From an uncultured Clostridiaceae bacterium (lineage in GTDB: Bacteria; Bacillota; Clostridia; TANB77; CAG-508), in the NCBI GenBank assembly GCA_948356915.1, contig CAOJCG010000005.1, forward strand, positions 29,147-93,146: a DNA stretch of 64,000 nt, read 5' to 3'. The translations under genes were made by a program, and so were the position numbers. Each line of letters opens with the position of its first letter. Positions within the stretch are counted from its first letter, which is position 1. A model generated the notes under the pieces. It saw nothing but the letters and a program-made list of their open reading frames with translations, searched no databases and was not told the origin of the DNA. Of the stretch, positions 21,901 to 33,695 are shown one piece after another.

Positions 21901-22230
21901 ATGAAAAATAGAATTAAGTTAATAATAAGTATAAGCCTAGTATTAATTATTATGATGACAATAGTAGTAATTTATATATTACAACAATATGAAATTTATA
22001 AGAATGTAGAAGTTGCTATAATAGACGATTATCGTGTTATTGTAAAAATACAAATATTAAATACTCCATATGGAGATATTAGCGAACATGAAAATTTCAA
22101 ATATCGTATCTTTTATAAAAAGGAAATTTTTATTAGAGATAGTAATGGGCATAAAATAAATATTAATGAATTAAAAATTGGAGATACTATACAAATAATT
22201 AGAAAAAAACCAAAATTTGAATATGAATAA
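21901..22230 (+). CDS. Small membrane-anchored protein
   Basis: SD ggggag plus ATG; N-terminal TM. Confidence 0.5.
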   Translation: MKNRIKLIISISLVLIIMMTIVVIYILQQYEIYKNVEVAIIDDYRVIVKIQILNTPYGDISEHENFKYRIFYKKEIFIRDSNGHKININELKIGDTIQIIRKKPKFEYE

Positions 22231-22394
22231 ATATTTATTATATAAGTAGACAATATAAAAGATTGAAAAATGTCGAAAAAACAAAGGAAATGTCGGAAAA
22301 AACATAAGAAATTTCATTGACTTTTATAGTAATTATATGGTATTGTATGAATATAAATAGGAGTACTTCTAACAATAAAAAAGGAGGTATAGAT

Positions 22395-23379
22395 ATGAAA
22401 AAAAATATGACAGCCAAAGTACTTATTATATTATTAATAGGTATTATGTTCGCAATGCTTTTTAAGAATACTGTTAAAGCTACAAGCATAGAACAAATAG
22501 ATTACGATATAGATAAAATATTAGAGACAGAAGAAAAAATTATGAAATATGATGCTAGAACAAATGAAATTACAGAAGTTAATATGGAAGAATTAGAGCA
22601 AGTTCTGAAAATGAAAAAAAATATTAATAGTGAAATACCATATAGTACTATGCCATATATTCGAAATGAAATATATTCAGACAATACAAAAATCAACCTT
22701 TTTTCAACTGATAGAGAAAGAGTAAATAATACTTCAATTTATCCTTATAAACAGACATGTAGAATAGAGTATTATGAGGAACAAATATACGAAGCAAATG
22801 CTCATCGTGCTACAGCATCAATTGTTGGACCAAAAGTTGCCTTGACAGCTGCACATTGTGTGTTTAACGAAAACCAAAATAATGCTGTGTATAGAAATTG
22901 GACTCTATATCCAGGTTATAATGATGGTACATATTATGGCACAGCTTGTGGTTGGGATCAAGTATATTATTCTGATAACTGGATGAATAATCATACGTCA
23001 GAAGATGATTGGGCAATCTGTGTATTACAGTCAGATGTTGGTAATCAAATTGGTTGGCTTCGGTGCGGTTTCTTATGGTTCTAGTTCTGATTTAAAAAAC
23101 TTACAAGTTAGACTTGTAGGATATCCAGGAGACAGTAACTACGGTTTTAGTTGGAAGGCTAAATATCAATATGAAAGTATTGGAAATATTACAAGTGTTA
23201 GTAATTATTACTTTAAATATGATGCTTTTTCTTGTCAAGGATTTAGTGGTGGACCTATAATGCGTACTTCAGATAATTATATTGTTGGAGTTCACATTGG
23301 AAAGCAAAATGGTTCAACACCTATAGGAGTAAGAATTACACCTAATATGGTTAATATAATAAATAATCTTAATAATTAA
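22395..23379 (+). CDS. Secreted trypsin-fold serine protease (V8/Glu-endopeptidase-like); frame change at CGG 23061-23063
   Basis: Signal peptide; catalytic-triad motifs LTAAHCV, DWAI, GFSGGP. The two ORFs join as ...VGNQIGWL-G-AVSYGSSSDL. Confidence 0.8.
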
Positions 23380-23585
23380 AGTTAACATACTTAATTAGCA
23401 AAATTAACAATAAAAGAAGGTTTTAATAAGAACCTTCTTTTATTTGCGAAAATATATATAATTTGAAATATAAATATTTGAATTACACATATTTATATTT
23501 CTTATATCATTTGTATGATACAAAAGAAAATTTGTTAGGGGTAAAAAAATAAAAATTGGTTAAAATAATAGAAAAATGAAAAGGA

Positions 23586-24846
23586 ATGATGATAATGAAA
23601 AAATATTTAAAAATTGCAATAATACTAATTATTTTAGGCATTTTTTATTTATATATAGCTAATATAACCTTAATTCCAAAAAGTATAACACTTCTTCAAG
23701 GAGAAAAATTAGAACTTGCAACTTTGTGGGGAATAAACTTAAAACAAATAGCAACAACCAATCCAAATATAGGTGAATGTAAAAATGGAAGTATAATAGA
23801 AGCATCTACTGGCTTAGAAGAAACAAAACTAACTGAAACGCGGAAAAATAGATATGGGAGTAAAACTATTTGATAGTTTAAATGTTTCAAATCTAACCAT
23901 AAACGTAATACCAAAAACAACAGTTATACCACTAGGAAATACAATAGGGCTAAAATTATATACAGAAGGAGTGCTAGTAGTAGGAATGTCTGAAATAGAA
24001 GGAGAAAAGCCATATGAAGACACAGGAATAAAAGAAGGAGATAGAATAATAAAAATAGATAAAGAAAAAATTTCAAATACAGAAGATTTAGTGCAAACAG
24101 TAAATAGTTCGCAAGGTAAAGAAGTACAAATAACATATATAAAAGAAGATACAAATGAAGAAAAAGTGACAAATATATTGCCAGCAAAAACAAAAGATAA
24201 TGAATACAAATTAGGTTTATGGGTGCGTGATGCAGCAGCAGGAGTAGGAACACTAACATTTTATGAGCCAGATAGTAAAATGTTTGCAGCATTAGGACAT
24301 GGCATAACAGATATAGACACAGGAAGTTTAGTAACAATAGCAAATGGAGAATTAGTAAATTCAAATATAGTATCAATAACAAAAGGAGAAAAAGGCAATC
24401 CAGGTGAAATAAGAGGAAGTATAGAAGGAGAAGCAAAATTAGGAGATATATCTAAAAATACATCATTTGGAATATTTGGAAAAATATCAAACAAAACAAG
24501 ACTAGAAATAAATCAAAATGAGATGGAGGTACTTGGAAGAAATGAAGTAAAACAAGGAAAAGCACAAATAATATGTGAATTAGAAGAAGGAAAAAAGAAA
24601 ACTTATGAAATAGAAATACAAAAAACATATACTGCAAATAATAGAGATAACAAAAGTATGTTAATAAAAGTAACAGACAAAGACTTACTAGAAAAAACAG
24701 GAGGAATAATACAAGGAATGAGTGGATCACCAATAATACAAAATGGAAAATTTGTAGGGGCGGTAACTCATGTATTGGTAAATGATCCAACAACAGGTTA
24801 TGCAGTATTTGCTGATATGATGCTAAAACAAATGAAAACAACATAA
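23586..24846 (+). CDS. spoIVB: SpoIVB peptidase (S55); frame change at CGG 23841-23843
   Basis: N-terminal TM, PDZ region (GIKEGDRIIKID), protease motifs GTLTFYEP, ALGH, GMSGSPI. Junction is ...KLTET-G-KIDMGVKLFDSLNV. Confidence 0.88.
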
Positions 24847-25137
24847 TATTAATTGTACATTTACAACTGCTAAAAATAACGATGTTAGTAACCGATATTT
24901 TACAGTTATAATATATCTAATGTTTTGAGATAATGTATATGAACTATTATAATTTTATATAAAAATGTAATAATTATTGTAACATCATAAAATAAATAAC
25001 ATATAATATAAATAAAGGTTAGAAGTAAAATTAAACTTCTAACCTTTAAAATATACGCTATTTTTCAAAATCTATTGAAAAAAAAGTATTTAAATTGTAT
25101 AATAGCGATTAAAGAACGTTTAAAGGAGAGGAAAAAC

Positions 25138-26520
25138 TTGGCAAACATAAGTGAATTAAAAAAATATAAACATATACATATGATAGGAATTGGCGGAGTT
25201 AGTATGAGTGGAATAGCTCAAATAATGAAGCATTGGGGCTTTACAGTTACAGGCTCAGACTGGGCAGAATCAGAAGTTACAAGAAAGTTAAATTTAGATG
25301 GAATACATGTAGTAATAGGTCATGATGTAAATATGGCAGCAAAAGCAGATGTAATAGTATATACAGCAGCAATAAAAGAAGATGACCCAGAACTTGTAAA
25401 AGCAAGAGAGCTTGGAATAGAAACAATAGAAAGGGCAGACTTTCTAGGAAAAATAACAAAAGCTTTTACAGATACAATTTGTATATCAGGCACACATGGA
25501 AAAACAACAACAACGTCAATGGTATCAATGTGCTTTATAGAAGGATTAAAAGATCCATCAATACAAGTAGGAGCAACACTAAAAGCCATAGATGGAAATT
25601 ATAGAATAGGAAACAGTGAACACTTCATAATAGAGGCATGTGAATATGTAGAAAGCTTTTTAAAATTTTATCCTAAAGCAGAAATAATACTAAACATAGA
25701 TAATGATCATTTAGACTATTTCAAAAATATAGAAAATATAAATAGAGCATTTATAAAATATGTAGGTTTACTACCAGAAGATGGCTTATTAGTTGTAAAC
25801 ATAGACAATAAATATTGTGCAGAACTACATAAATATACTAATGCAAAAGTAGTAAGTTATGGAATAGAAAATGAAAAAGCAAACTTTGTAGCAAGAAATA
25901 TAAAATTTAATAAAAATGGCTTTCCATATTTTGATGTATACTATAACAACAGCTTTTATGCATCATTTGAATTATCAGTACCAGGAAAGCATAATGTATT
26001 AAATGCACTAGCATGTATAGCATTATGTCATAACTATGAAATAGAAAAAGAAAATATGAAAACAGCACTAAAAAAATATACTGGAGCACATAGAAGGTTT
26101 GAATATGTAGGCACATGTAAAGGAGCAACTGTATATGATGACTATGGACATCACCCAACAGAAATAACAGCAACAGCGTTAGGGTTAAAACAAAAGGAGT
26201 ACAATAAATCATGGGTAGTGTTCCAACCACACACATATAGCAGAACAAAAGAACATATAAATGAATTTGCAGAGAGTTTAATAAACTTTGACAATATTAT
26301 AATAACAGATATATATGCAGCAAGAGAAACAAATACATATGGAGTAACATCAGAAAATATAGTAGAAAAAATAAAAGAACTAGGAAGAGAAGCAGTATAT
26401 ATACCAAAATTTGAAGATATAGTAAAATATTTAGAAGAAAAAGTAGAAAAAGACGATATAATACTAACATTAGGAGCAGGAACTGTAACAAATATAGGAC
26501 CAATGCTGGTTGAAAATTAG
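25138..26520 (+). CDS. murC: UDP-N-acetylmuramate--L-alanine ligase
   Basis: HMIGIGGVSMSG and GTHGKTTTTSM motifs; TTG 25138 preceded by aaaggagagg. Confidence 0.93.
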   Translation: MANISELKKYKHIHMIGIGGVSMSGIAQIMKHWGFTVTGSDWAESEVTRKLNLDGIHVVIGHDVNMAAKADVIVYTAAIKEDDPELVKARELGIETIERADFLGKITKAFTDTICISGTHGKTTTTSMVSMCFIEGLKDPSIQVGATLKAIDGNYRIGNSEHFIIEACEYVESFLKFYPKAEIILNIDNDHLDYFKNIENINRAFIKYVGLLPEDGLLVVNIDNKYCAELHKYTNAKVVSYGIENEKANFVARNIKFNKNGFPYFDVYYNNSFYASFELSVPGKHNVLNALACIALCHNYEIEKENMKTALKKYTGAHRRFEYVGTCKGATVYDDYGHHPTEITATALGLKQKEYNKSWVVFQPHTYSRTKEHINEFAESLINFDNIIITDIYAARETNTYGVTSENIVEKIKELGREAVYIPKFEDIVKYLEEKVEKDDIILTLGAGTVTNIGPMLVEN

Positions 26521-26550
26521 TGAAGAGTGAATAATGAATAGTGAATAATT
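26518..26550. repeat. AGTGAAT heptad array overlapping the murC stop
   Basis: tagtgaagagtgaataatgaatagtgaataatt. Confidence 0.8.
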
Positions 26551-26631
26551 TATAGGAGAAACTGACTTAAGTGAATAATATTATCATTTTTTAATATATT
26601 GATATAATTTACAGCTAATATTAAATATAGA

Positions 26632-26675
26632 TGTAGGGGCGATGATGGCATTGCCCGTGCTCCAAAGACTTTTCT
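26632..26675. repeat. GTAGGGGCGA hairpin repeat
   Basis: gtaggggcgatgatggcattgcccgtgctccaaagac. Confidence 0.75.
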
Positions 26676-26799
26676 ATATTTTTAGTTTAAAATACAAATT
26701 TTTTATATAACACTTGTATAAAAACAAAAAGTATAGTAAAATAAAAAAAGTAATAGAAAAAATCCAACAAAAAAGCAAAGTATGTAAAATAAAAAATGT

Positions 26800-27018
26800 A
26801 TCAAAAGAGAGAAAGGTGAAAAACGCTGAAAGCCTTTCATACATGAATTACAGAAATTTCACTTTTTTAGGACTATTTTTGAAATAATAGTAGGAAATAG
26901 CGTAAACCTCTGCGTTAAAGGGAAAAATAAGGTTAATGAAAATAAACATTAATAAAATTAGGTGGTACCACGAAATGAAAGCAATTCGTCCTATGTAGGA
27001 TAGAATTGTTTTTTTATG
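26800..27018 (+). promoter_or_regulatory. T-box leader, Phe specifier, with intrinsic terminator
   Basis: Stem I start agagagaaaggtgaaaa; specifier TTC at 26858-26860 followed by A; T-box sequence aaattaggtggtaccacg at about 26956-26972; terminator caattcgtcctatgtaggatagaattg plus a T-run at 26983-27015. Confidence 0.85.
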
Positions 27019-27105
27019 GAAAAATTTAGGAAAGAAAGCCAAATTTATTCAAAATGTTTGGAAAAAAATTAAAATTAAAATATAAAAAGAAGGGAGAAAT
27101 CAAAG

Positions 27106-28140
<1,035 letters not shown>

Positions 28141-28141
<1 letters not shown>

Positions 28142-28515
28142 GTTCCAATTGGGGACGTTTCCTAATGGGGTATCTGGTACAAATGGGGTATCTGTCACTT
28201 TTGGGAAGTGGCACAAATAATTAAGGTACTCCAATCTTCTAAGGAATGACTTGAAAAACAATAGTAGATATCAAAAATAATCCACCTTATGAGTTTATAT
28301 ATTAAGCTAAATTCTGATTTTAATATATATAAAAACATAAGGATAATCTACAAATTGCAATTATTATTATAATATATTAATTATCAAATTATTAAAAATA
28401 TATTATTATAATATCAAAATAAATATATAAAAAAGAAAAAATGATATTCGAAAAGGGACGTTATACCCCAAAAGGGACGTTATACCCCAAAAGGAAACGT
28501 CCCCAATGGGAAGGA
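28141..28515. mobile_element. MITE-like insertion with terminal inverted repeats filling the pheS-pheT spacer
   Basis: Left end ccaattggggacgtttcctaatgggg (28145). Right end ggaaacgtccccaatggg (28494) is its complement. Internal tandem gggacgttataccccaaaa x2. Confidence 0.7.
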
Positions 28516-28530
28516 AAAGGAGAGAAAAAA

Positions 28531-30894
28531 ATGAAATTAAGTACAAATTTTGTCAAAGACTATGTAGATATAGATGTAGATACAAAAATGTTAGCTGAAG
28601 ATATGACTAAAGCAGGAAATGAATATGAAACAGCAGAAAACTTCATAAATGCTACAAACTTAATAGTAGGAGAAGTAATAGAATGCGAGATGCACCCAGA
28701 TTCTGACCATTTACATGTATGCAAAGTAAATGTAGGAGAAGAAACTTTACAAATAGTATGTGGAGCACCAAATGTTAGAAAAGGTTTAAAAGTTATAGTA
28801 GCTCTTCCAGGGGCAGTTTTACCAGGAGATTTTAAAATAAAACCAGGAAAAATTCGTGGTGTTGAATCCAATGGAATGCTTTGTGCAATAGCAGAGTTAG
28901 GCTTAGATAGCAAATTTTTGAAGCCAGAAGATAAAGAAGGAATACACGAATTACCAGAAAATGCTGAGGTAGGAGAAGACCCTATAAAGTTAATGCAAAT
29001 GGATGATAGTGTAATTGATTTTGAACTAACAGCAAACCGTGGAGACTTACTAAGTATATTAGGTATGGCACATGAAATATCAGCAATTTATGATAAACAA
29101 GTTAAACCAATAGATTTATCGCATAAAGAAACTAATGAAGATATAAATAATACTTTTAAAGTACAAGTAAACACTAAAAATTGTAACATTTTCTTAGCAA
29201 AAAGAGTAGAAAATGTAGTAATAAAAGAAAGCCCAACATTTATAAAAAATAGACTAATGGCATCAGGAATTAGACCAATTAACAATGTAGTAGATATAAG
29301 TAACTATGTAATGCTAGAAGTAGGCCAGCCACTTCACTACTACGATGCAGATACTCTAAATGAAATGTTAGAAGTAAGAATGGCACAAAATGGAGAAAAA
29401 TTAACAACATTAGATGAAATAGAAAGAACCTTATCATCAGAAGATATAGTAATTTCAAATGGAGAAAAGGCTATTGGTTTAGCAGGAGTAATGGGTGGTT
29501 ATGACACTGAAATTACAGAAAATACAAAAAATATAATCATAGAATCAGCAATATTTGATCCAGTAAAAGTAAGAAAGACTTCAAAAGAAATATTAAGAAG
29601 TGAAGCAAGTACAAGGTTTGAAAAAGGCTTAGACCCAAATAGAACATATATGGCAATTGAAAGGTCATGTAATTTACTTGAAAAGTATGCAAATGCAACC
29701 ATAGTAGGTGGTTTAGTAAAATATGATATTTCAGACTTATCAGATAAAAAAATAGACATAACATTTGAAAAGATAAATAAAGTATTAGGTCTAGAAGTTC
29801 CACAAGAAGCAGTATTAGATGTATTTAGAAGACTAGGATTTACATATGAAAAAGAAGGAGAGATAGTGCATGTATCAGTGCCAAAAAGAAGAATAGATAT
29901 ATCAATTGCAGAAGACTTAATAGAAGAAGTTGGAAGAATATATGGAGTAGATAATATAGAAGGAAGGCTACCAAAACTACCATTAAAACAAGGTTCATAT
30001 AATAAAACGTTAAGGCAAATAAGAAACAAAATGATAGACTTAGGACTAAACGAAACACTATCATATATACTAGTAAATGATAAAGAAGCAGTAAAATATA
30101 TAAAAGACAACTTTGAACCAATAAAACTATTAGACCCAATGACAGAAGAACGAAACACTTTAAGATACAGTATGATTCCATCATTAGTAAAAATATATGA
30201 ATATAACAAAGCACGTAGCCAAAAAGATGTATCAATATTCGAAATAGGAAAAGGCTTTTACAAAAAAGAGGAAAAATATGGAGAAGACTTAAAACTATGT
30301 GCATTAATAGCAGGGGAGCATACTTTAGGGGTAAAACCAGAAAAATCAAGTTTTTATGATATAAAAGGTATAGCAGAAGAAATATTAGACTATTTAGGTT
30401 ATAATGGAAGATACAGTTTTGTTATAAAAGATGAACTACCACAAGAATTCCACCCATATCAAACAGCATTAATTTCAGTAAATAATGATATAGTAGGAAT
30501 AGTAGGAAAACTACATCCAGAAGTACAAAAAGAAGATGTATATGTACTAGAAATTAACTTAAGTAAGTTATTAGAAAAGAAAACAGGAAAAATGAAATAC
30601 AAAGAAATATCAAAATTTCCAGTAGTAAGAAAAGACTTAGCAGTAATAGTACAAAAAGACGTAACCTCAGAAGAAATATCAAAACAAATAAAAAAATTAG
30701 CAGGAAGTATTCTTTTGTCAAGCAAAGTGTTTGATATATACACAGGAACAGGAATAGAAGAAAACAAAAAAAGTATAGCATATTCACTAGAATTTGGAGC
30801 ACAAGATAGAACATTAACAGATGAAGAAATAAACGCTGTATTAGAAAAAATAATAAAAGGACTTGAAAAAAGTGGAGTACAAATAAGGAAATAA
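28531..30894 (+). CDS. pheT: Phenylalanine--tRNA ligase beta subunit
   Basis: SD aaaggagag plus ATG 28531 (MKLSTNFVKDYVDI); tRNA-binding, B3/4, B5 and FDX-ACB regions recognisable. The tracked 5' extension is translated repeat DNA. Confidence 0.95.
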   Translation: MKLSTNFVKDYVDIDVDTKMLAEDMTKAGNEYETAENFINATNLIVGEVIECEMHPDSDHLHVCKVNVGEETLQIVCGAPNVRKGLKVIVALPGAVLPGDFKIKPGKIRGVESNGMLCAIAELGLDSKFLKPEDKEGIHELPENAEVGEDPIKLMQMDDSVIDFELTANRGDLLSILGMAHEISAIYDKQVKPIDLSHKETNEDINNTFKVQVNTKNCNIFLAKRVENVVIKESPTFIKNRLMASGIRPINNVVDISNYVMLEVGQPLHYYDADTLNEMLEVRMAQNGEKLTTLDEIERTLSSEDIVISNGEKAIGLAGVMGGYDTEITENTKNIIIESAIFDPVKVRKTSKEILRSEASTRFEKGLDPNRTYMAIERSCNLLEKYANATIVGGLVKYDISDLSDKKIDITFEKINKVLGLEVPQEAVLDVFRRLGFTYEKEGEIVHVSVPKRRIDISIAEDLIEEVGRIYGVDNIEGRLPKLPLKQGSYNKTLRQIRNKMIDLGLNETLSYILVNDKEAVKYIKDNFEPIKLLDPMTEERNTLRYSMIPSLVKIYEYNKARSQKDVSIFEIGKGFYKKEEKYGEDLKLCALIAGEHTLGVKPEKSSFYDIKGIAEEILDYLGYNGRYSFVIKDELPQEFHPYQTALISVNNDIVGIVGKLHPEVQKEDVYVLEINLSKLLEKKTGKMKYKEISKFPVVRKDLAVIVQKDVTSEEISKQIKKLAGSILLSSKVFDIYTGTGIEENKKSIAYSLEFGAQDRTLTDEEINAVLEKIIKGLEKSGVQIRK

Positions 30895-30897
30895 AAA

Positions 30898-30977
30898 GAA
30901 AGGGGCTGTAAGAAAAGTGTGTCAATATCCCCCGTCCTATTTGACATTTGACACACTTTTTTTACAGCCCCTTTTTT
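30898..30977. terminator. Long bidirectional terminator hairpin
   Basis: aaaggggctgtaa...gtgtgtcaa ... ttgacacac...ttacagcccctttttt. Confidence 0.85.
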
Positions 30978-30978
30978 C

Positions 30979-31260
30979 TTAAGATAGCAATTTTAAAATA
31001 TTATCACGTTGAGCATAAAAATCTTTTTCAATTTGTCTGCACGCATATTCAGTTTGACTTTTTATAGAATAAGGAATATGCATGATTGCCTGAGCCATTG
31101 AAATATCAGAATAAGTAATAGAATAAGACTTTATAAAAGAAGAATAACCTAACCGATTTTTATGCACTGTTAAAATAGTTAAACCATAGTTTGTTTTTAA
31201 TTTGGCAACTAAACTATGTAATCCGATGTTTTTAAAATAATAGTCCCATTTTAAATTCAT
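30979..31260 (-). CDS. Hypothetical 93-aa protein, possibly a decayed tyrosine-recombinase C-terminal remnant
   Basis: GLHSL...LGYSS...Y faintly echoes the HxLRH...LGHSS...Y box with catalytic residues replaced. Contains an in-frame CGG (31155-31153) with no frame break. Confidence 0.35.
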   Translation of the reverse strand: MNLKWDYYFKNIGLHSLVAKLKTNYGLTILTVHKNRLGYSSFIKSYSITYSDISMAQAIMHIPYSIKSQTEYACRQIEKDFYAQRDNILKLLS

Positions 31261-31430
31261 ATAGATACCTCCTTACATTTGCAATATGAGATTTTATTAG
31301 TAATTATAAAATGATTATAGCATCAAATAAGGAGTTGTCAAGCATTTTTAGAACAAAAAAGACACAATGGATGGAATTTTTGCCACCTAGTGTGTCTTTC
31401 TAATGTGTATAAAAAAGTGTTATTAGCCTA

Positions 31431-31676
31431 TTATTGAGCGCTAAACTTTTGCTTAGTACTATCAATTTTAGTTTGTTCAGCAGTATCTGTTTGATACCAA
31501 CCTTTTTCCTTCATTAAATTATAAATTTTATTTTGAATATCTAAGCTTTCATTTAAAGCATCTTTAAAAGCTGTATGAACTTCAGCAGTAGAAGATTCTA
31601 TAGTGCCATGAAGGTATAAATCACATACGCCTTTAATAACTAATAATTCATTTTCCATTAAATCCTTATCTTCCAT
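31431..31676 (-). CDS. Spore coat protein F (CotF)-like
   Basis: 81 aa; Coat_F-like pattern (DLMENELLVIKG...HGTIESSTAEVHTAF). Confidence 0.6.
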   Translation of the reverse strand: MEDKDLMENELLVIKGVCDLYLHGTIESSTAEVHTAFKDALNESLDIQNKIYNLMKEKGWYQTDTAEQTKIDSTKQKFSAQ

Positions 31677-31685
31677 ACTTACCTC

Positions 31686-31859
31686 CTATAATAAACTTAA
31701 GAATTTGTTTGCTAAATCAGTATGTTTTTGTGCTAAACTTCCTATATAACTAGAAAGAGTAGGGTCTGTTAGTTTACTTGCTGTTTTTGTACTACATGAT
31801 TTCATAAAATTTTCATGCCCTAAGCTATCCTCAATGTATAAAAGTTCTTTACTTGTCAT
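31686..31859 (-). CDS. Small spore coat-associated protein, CotF partner type
   Basis: SD aggtgg plus ATG 31859; commonly paired with the downstream CotF-like gene. Confidence 0.5.
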   Translation of the reverse strand: MTSKELLYIEDSLGHENFMKSCSTKTASKLTDPTLSSYIGSLAQKHTDLANKFLSLL

Positions 31860-31893
31860 TATAATCACCACCTAATAATATAATTAACAAAAT

Positions 31894-32076
31894 TTATAAA
31901 AATATACACCTCTCTGATAAATCACCAATAGGTACATCTATTTCAGACCTGCCATCCATAAAACCAATCTTTGCAACATCATTATTTACTTCTTGAACCC
32001 AAACAGGCTTATTCTCATAATAAATATCTCTAATTTCTTTATTTTTCATAATTTCGTAAACCCTATTTCTATTCAT
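31894..32076 (-). CDS. H-type small acid-soluble spore protein-like
   Basis: 60 aa from ATG 32076 (SD gaggagg). The pattern MNRNRVYEIM...V.V.EV......A.I resembles SspH. Confidence 0.5.
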   Translation of the reverse strand: MNRNRVYEIMKNKEIRDIYYENKPVWVQEVNNDVAKIGFMDGRSEIDVPIGDLSERCIFL

Positions 32077-32196
32077 TTGTAACCTCCTCAAAATATATTT
32101 ATTTAAAGTATACACGAGGGTATTTAAAAATATTCATAAAACATTTACAAATAAAGCAAATTATAGTATGATAATAAACATGAAAGAAGGGATTAT

Positions 32197-32970
32197 ATGA
32201 AAATATTAGCAGTAGGAGATTTAGTAGGAGAAAGTGGAGTAAAAAAATTAAAAGAGATTTTGCCAAACTTTAGAAAAGAAAATAATATAGATTTTGTAAT
32301 AGTAAACGCAGAAAATTCAGCAGGAGGAATGGGTATAACAACAAAAATATTCAATGATTTAAAGGCGTTAAATGTAAATGCAATTACAATGGGTAACCAT
32401 ACATGGGGAAAAAAAGATATATTCACATTTATAGATGATGAAAAACTTTTAAGACCAGCCAATTATTCAAGAGGAGTAGTAGGAAAAGGCTATAATATAT
32501 ATGAATGTAAAAATAAAAAAATATGTGTAATAAACTTAATAGGAAGAACAGAAATGGGTGTGCAATCAGATAATCCATTTACAAAAGCAGATGATATTAT
32601 AAAAGAAGTAAAAGAAAAAGTAGATTATATAATAGTAGACTTCCATGCAGAAGCATCAGCAGAAAAGATAGCAATGAAATATTATTTAGATGGAAGAATA
32701 ACAGCACTATATGGAACACATACACATGTACAAACAGCAGACGAAGAAATAACAGCAAAAGGAACTGCATTTATATCAGACATAGGAATGACAGGGCCAA
32801 TAAACTCGGTAATAGGAATGGATGTAGAAGCATCAGTAAAAAGATTTGTAACATCACTTCCAGAAAGATATAAGTTAGCAGAGGGAAAATGTATGTTTAA
32901 TGGATGTATAATAGAAATAAACGACGAAACATGTAGAGTAACATCAATAAAAAGAATATATATTAAGTAA
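32197..32970 (+). CDS. ymdB: YmdB-family metallophosphoesterase (TIGR00282)
   Basis: MKILAVGDLVG...VNAENSAGG...GNHTW motifs. Confidence 0.9.
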   Translation: MKILAVGDLVGESGVKKLKEILPNFRKENNIDFVIVNAENSAGGMGITTKIFNDLKALNVNAITMGNHTWGKKDIFTFIDDEKLLRPANYSRGVVGKGYNIYECKNKKICVINLIGRTEMGVQSDNPFTKADDIIKEVKEKVDYIIVDFHAEASAEKIAMKYYLDGRITALYGTHTHVQTADEEITAKGTAFISDIGMTGPINSVIGMDVEASVKRFVTSLPERYKLAEGKCMFNGCIIEINDETCRVTSIKRIYIK

Positions 32971-33100
32971 ATAGCGAAAAAAGAAGAAAAAAGGCGAAAA
33001 CTTTTCTAATTTTTTCCATAAAAGTACTAGACAATTTCCAGAAAATGTAATATAACTATACCTGTAATTCAAATAAAAATAAAATTATAGGAGGCAAAAG

Positions 33101-33364
33101 ATGGAAGTTTTAAAAATCTCATCAAAATCAAACCCAAATTCAATTGCAGGAGCAATAGCAGGGTTAGTAAAAGAGGAGAACAAAGCAGAAATGCAAGCAA
33201 TCGGAGCAGGAGCTCTAAATCAAGCAGTAAAGGCAGTAGCAATAGCAAGAGGATTCGTAGCACCAGCAGGAGTAGACCTAGTATGTATACCAGCCTTCGC
33301 CGAAGTAGAAGTAGAAGGTGAAGACAGAACAGGTATTAGAATTATAGTAGAATCTAGAAAATAA
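33101..33364 (+). CDS. spoVS: Stage V sporulation protein S
   Basis: 86-aa sequence MEVLKISSKSNPNSIAGAIAG...IRIIVE is nearly invariant SpoVS. Confidence 0.95.
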   Translation: MEVLKISSKSNPNSIAGAIAGLVKEENKAEMQAIGAGALNQAVKAVAIARGFVAPAGVDLVCIPAFAEVEVEGEDRTGIRIIVESRK

Positions 33365-33372
33365 GAATATAA

Positions 33373-33400
33373 GGGTCGCTACTATAAGCGACCCAAAATA
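33373..33400 (+). terminator. Terminator after spoVS
   Basis: gggtcgct actata agcgaccc. Confidence 0.7.
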
Positions 33401-33695
33401 ATAATTTAATATGAAAAAATACAATTTGTATAGTTCAAATAGCACTATGAAATAGTTAAAGGAACATTAAAAAGCATTTTAGAGCAAGCCAATATAGAAT
33501 TAGAAGAATTTTTAAATCACTTATAAATTAAAATCTAATATATTTCTAAATAAAAACTTGAAAAAAATAAAAAAATCTTATATTATAAATAAAAAATCCA
33601 AAAATATAAAAATAAAACTAAATAATATACTAAATTCAGAAGAAAGGAGAAATTCGTATAATAAATAATATATTTATATTATATGAAGAAAAAAT

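Noticed and set aside
28441-28530. N-terminal extension of pheT (MIFEKGRYTPKGTLYPKRKRPQWEGKGEKK).
   Set aside because: It is a translation of the tandem GGGACGTTATACCCCAAAA repeat and the TIR. A good SD plus ATG at 28531 gives the canonical PheT N-terminus.
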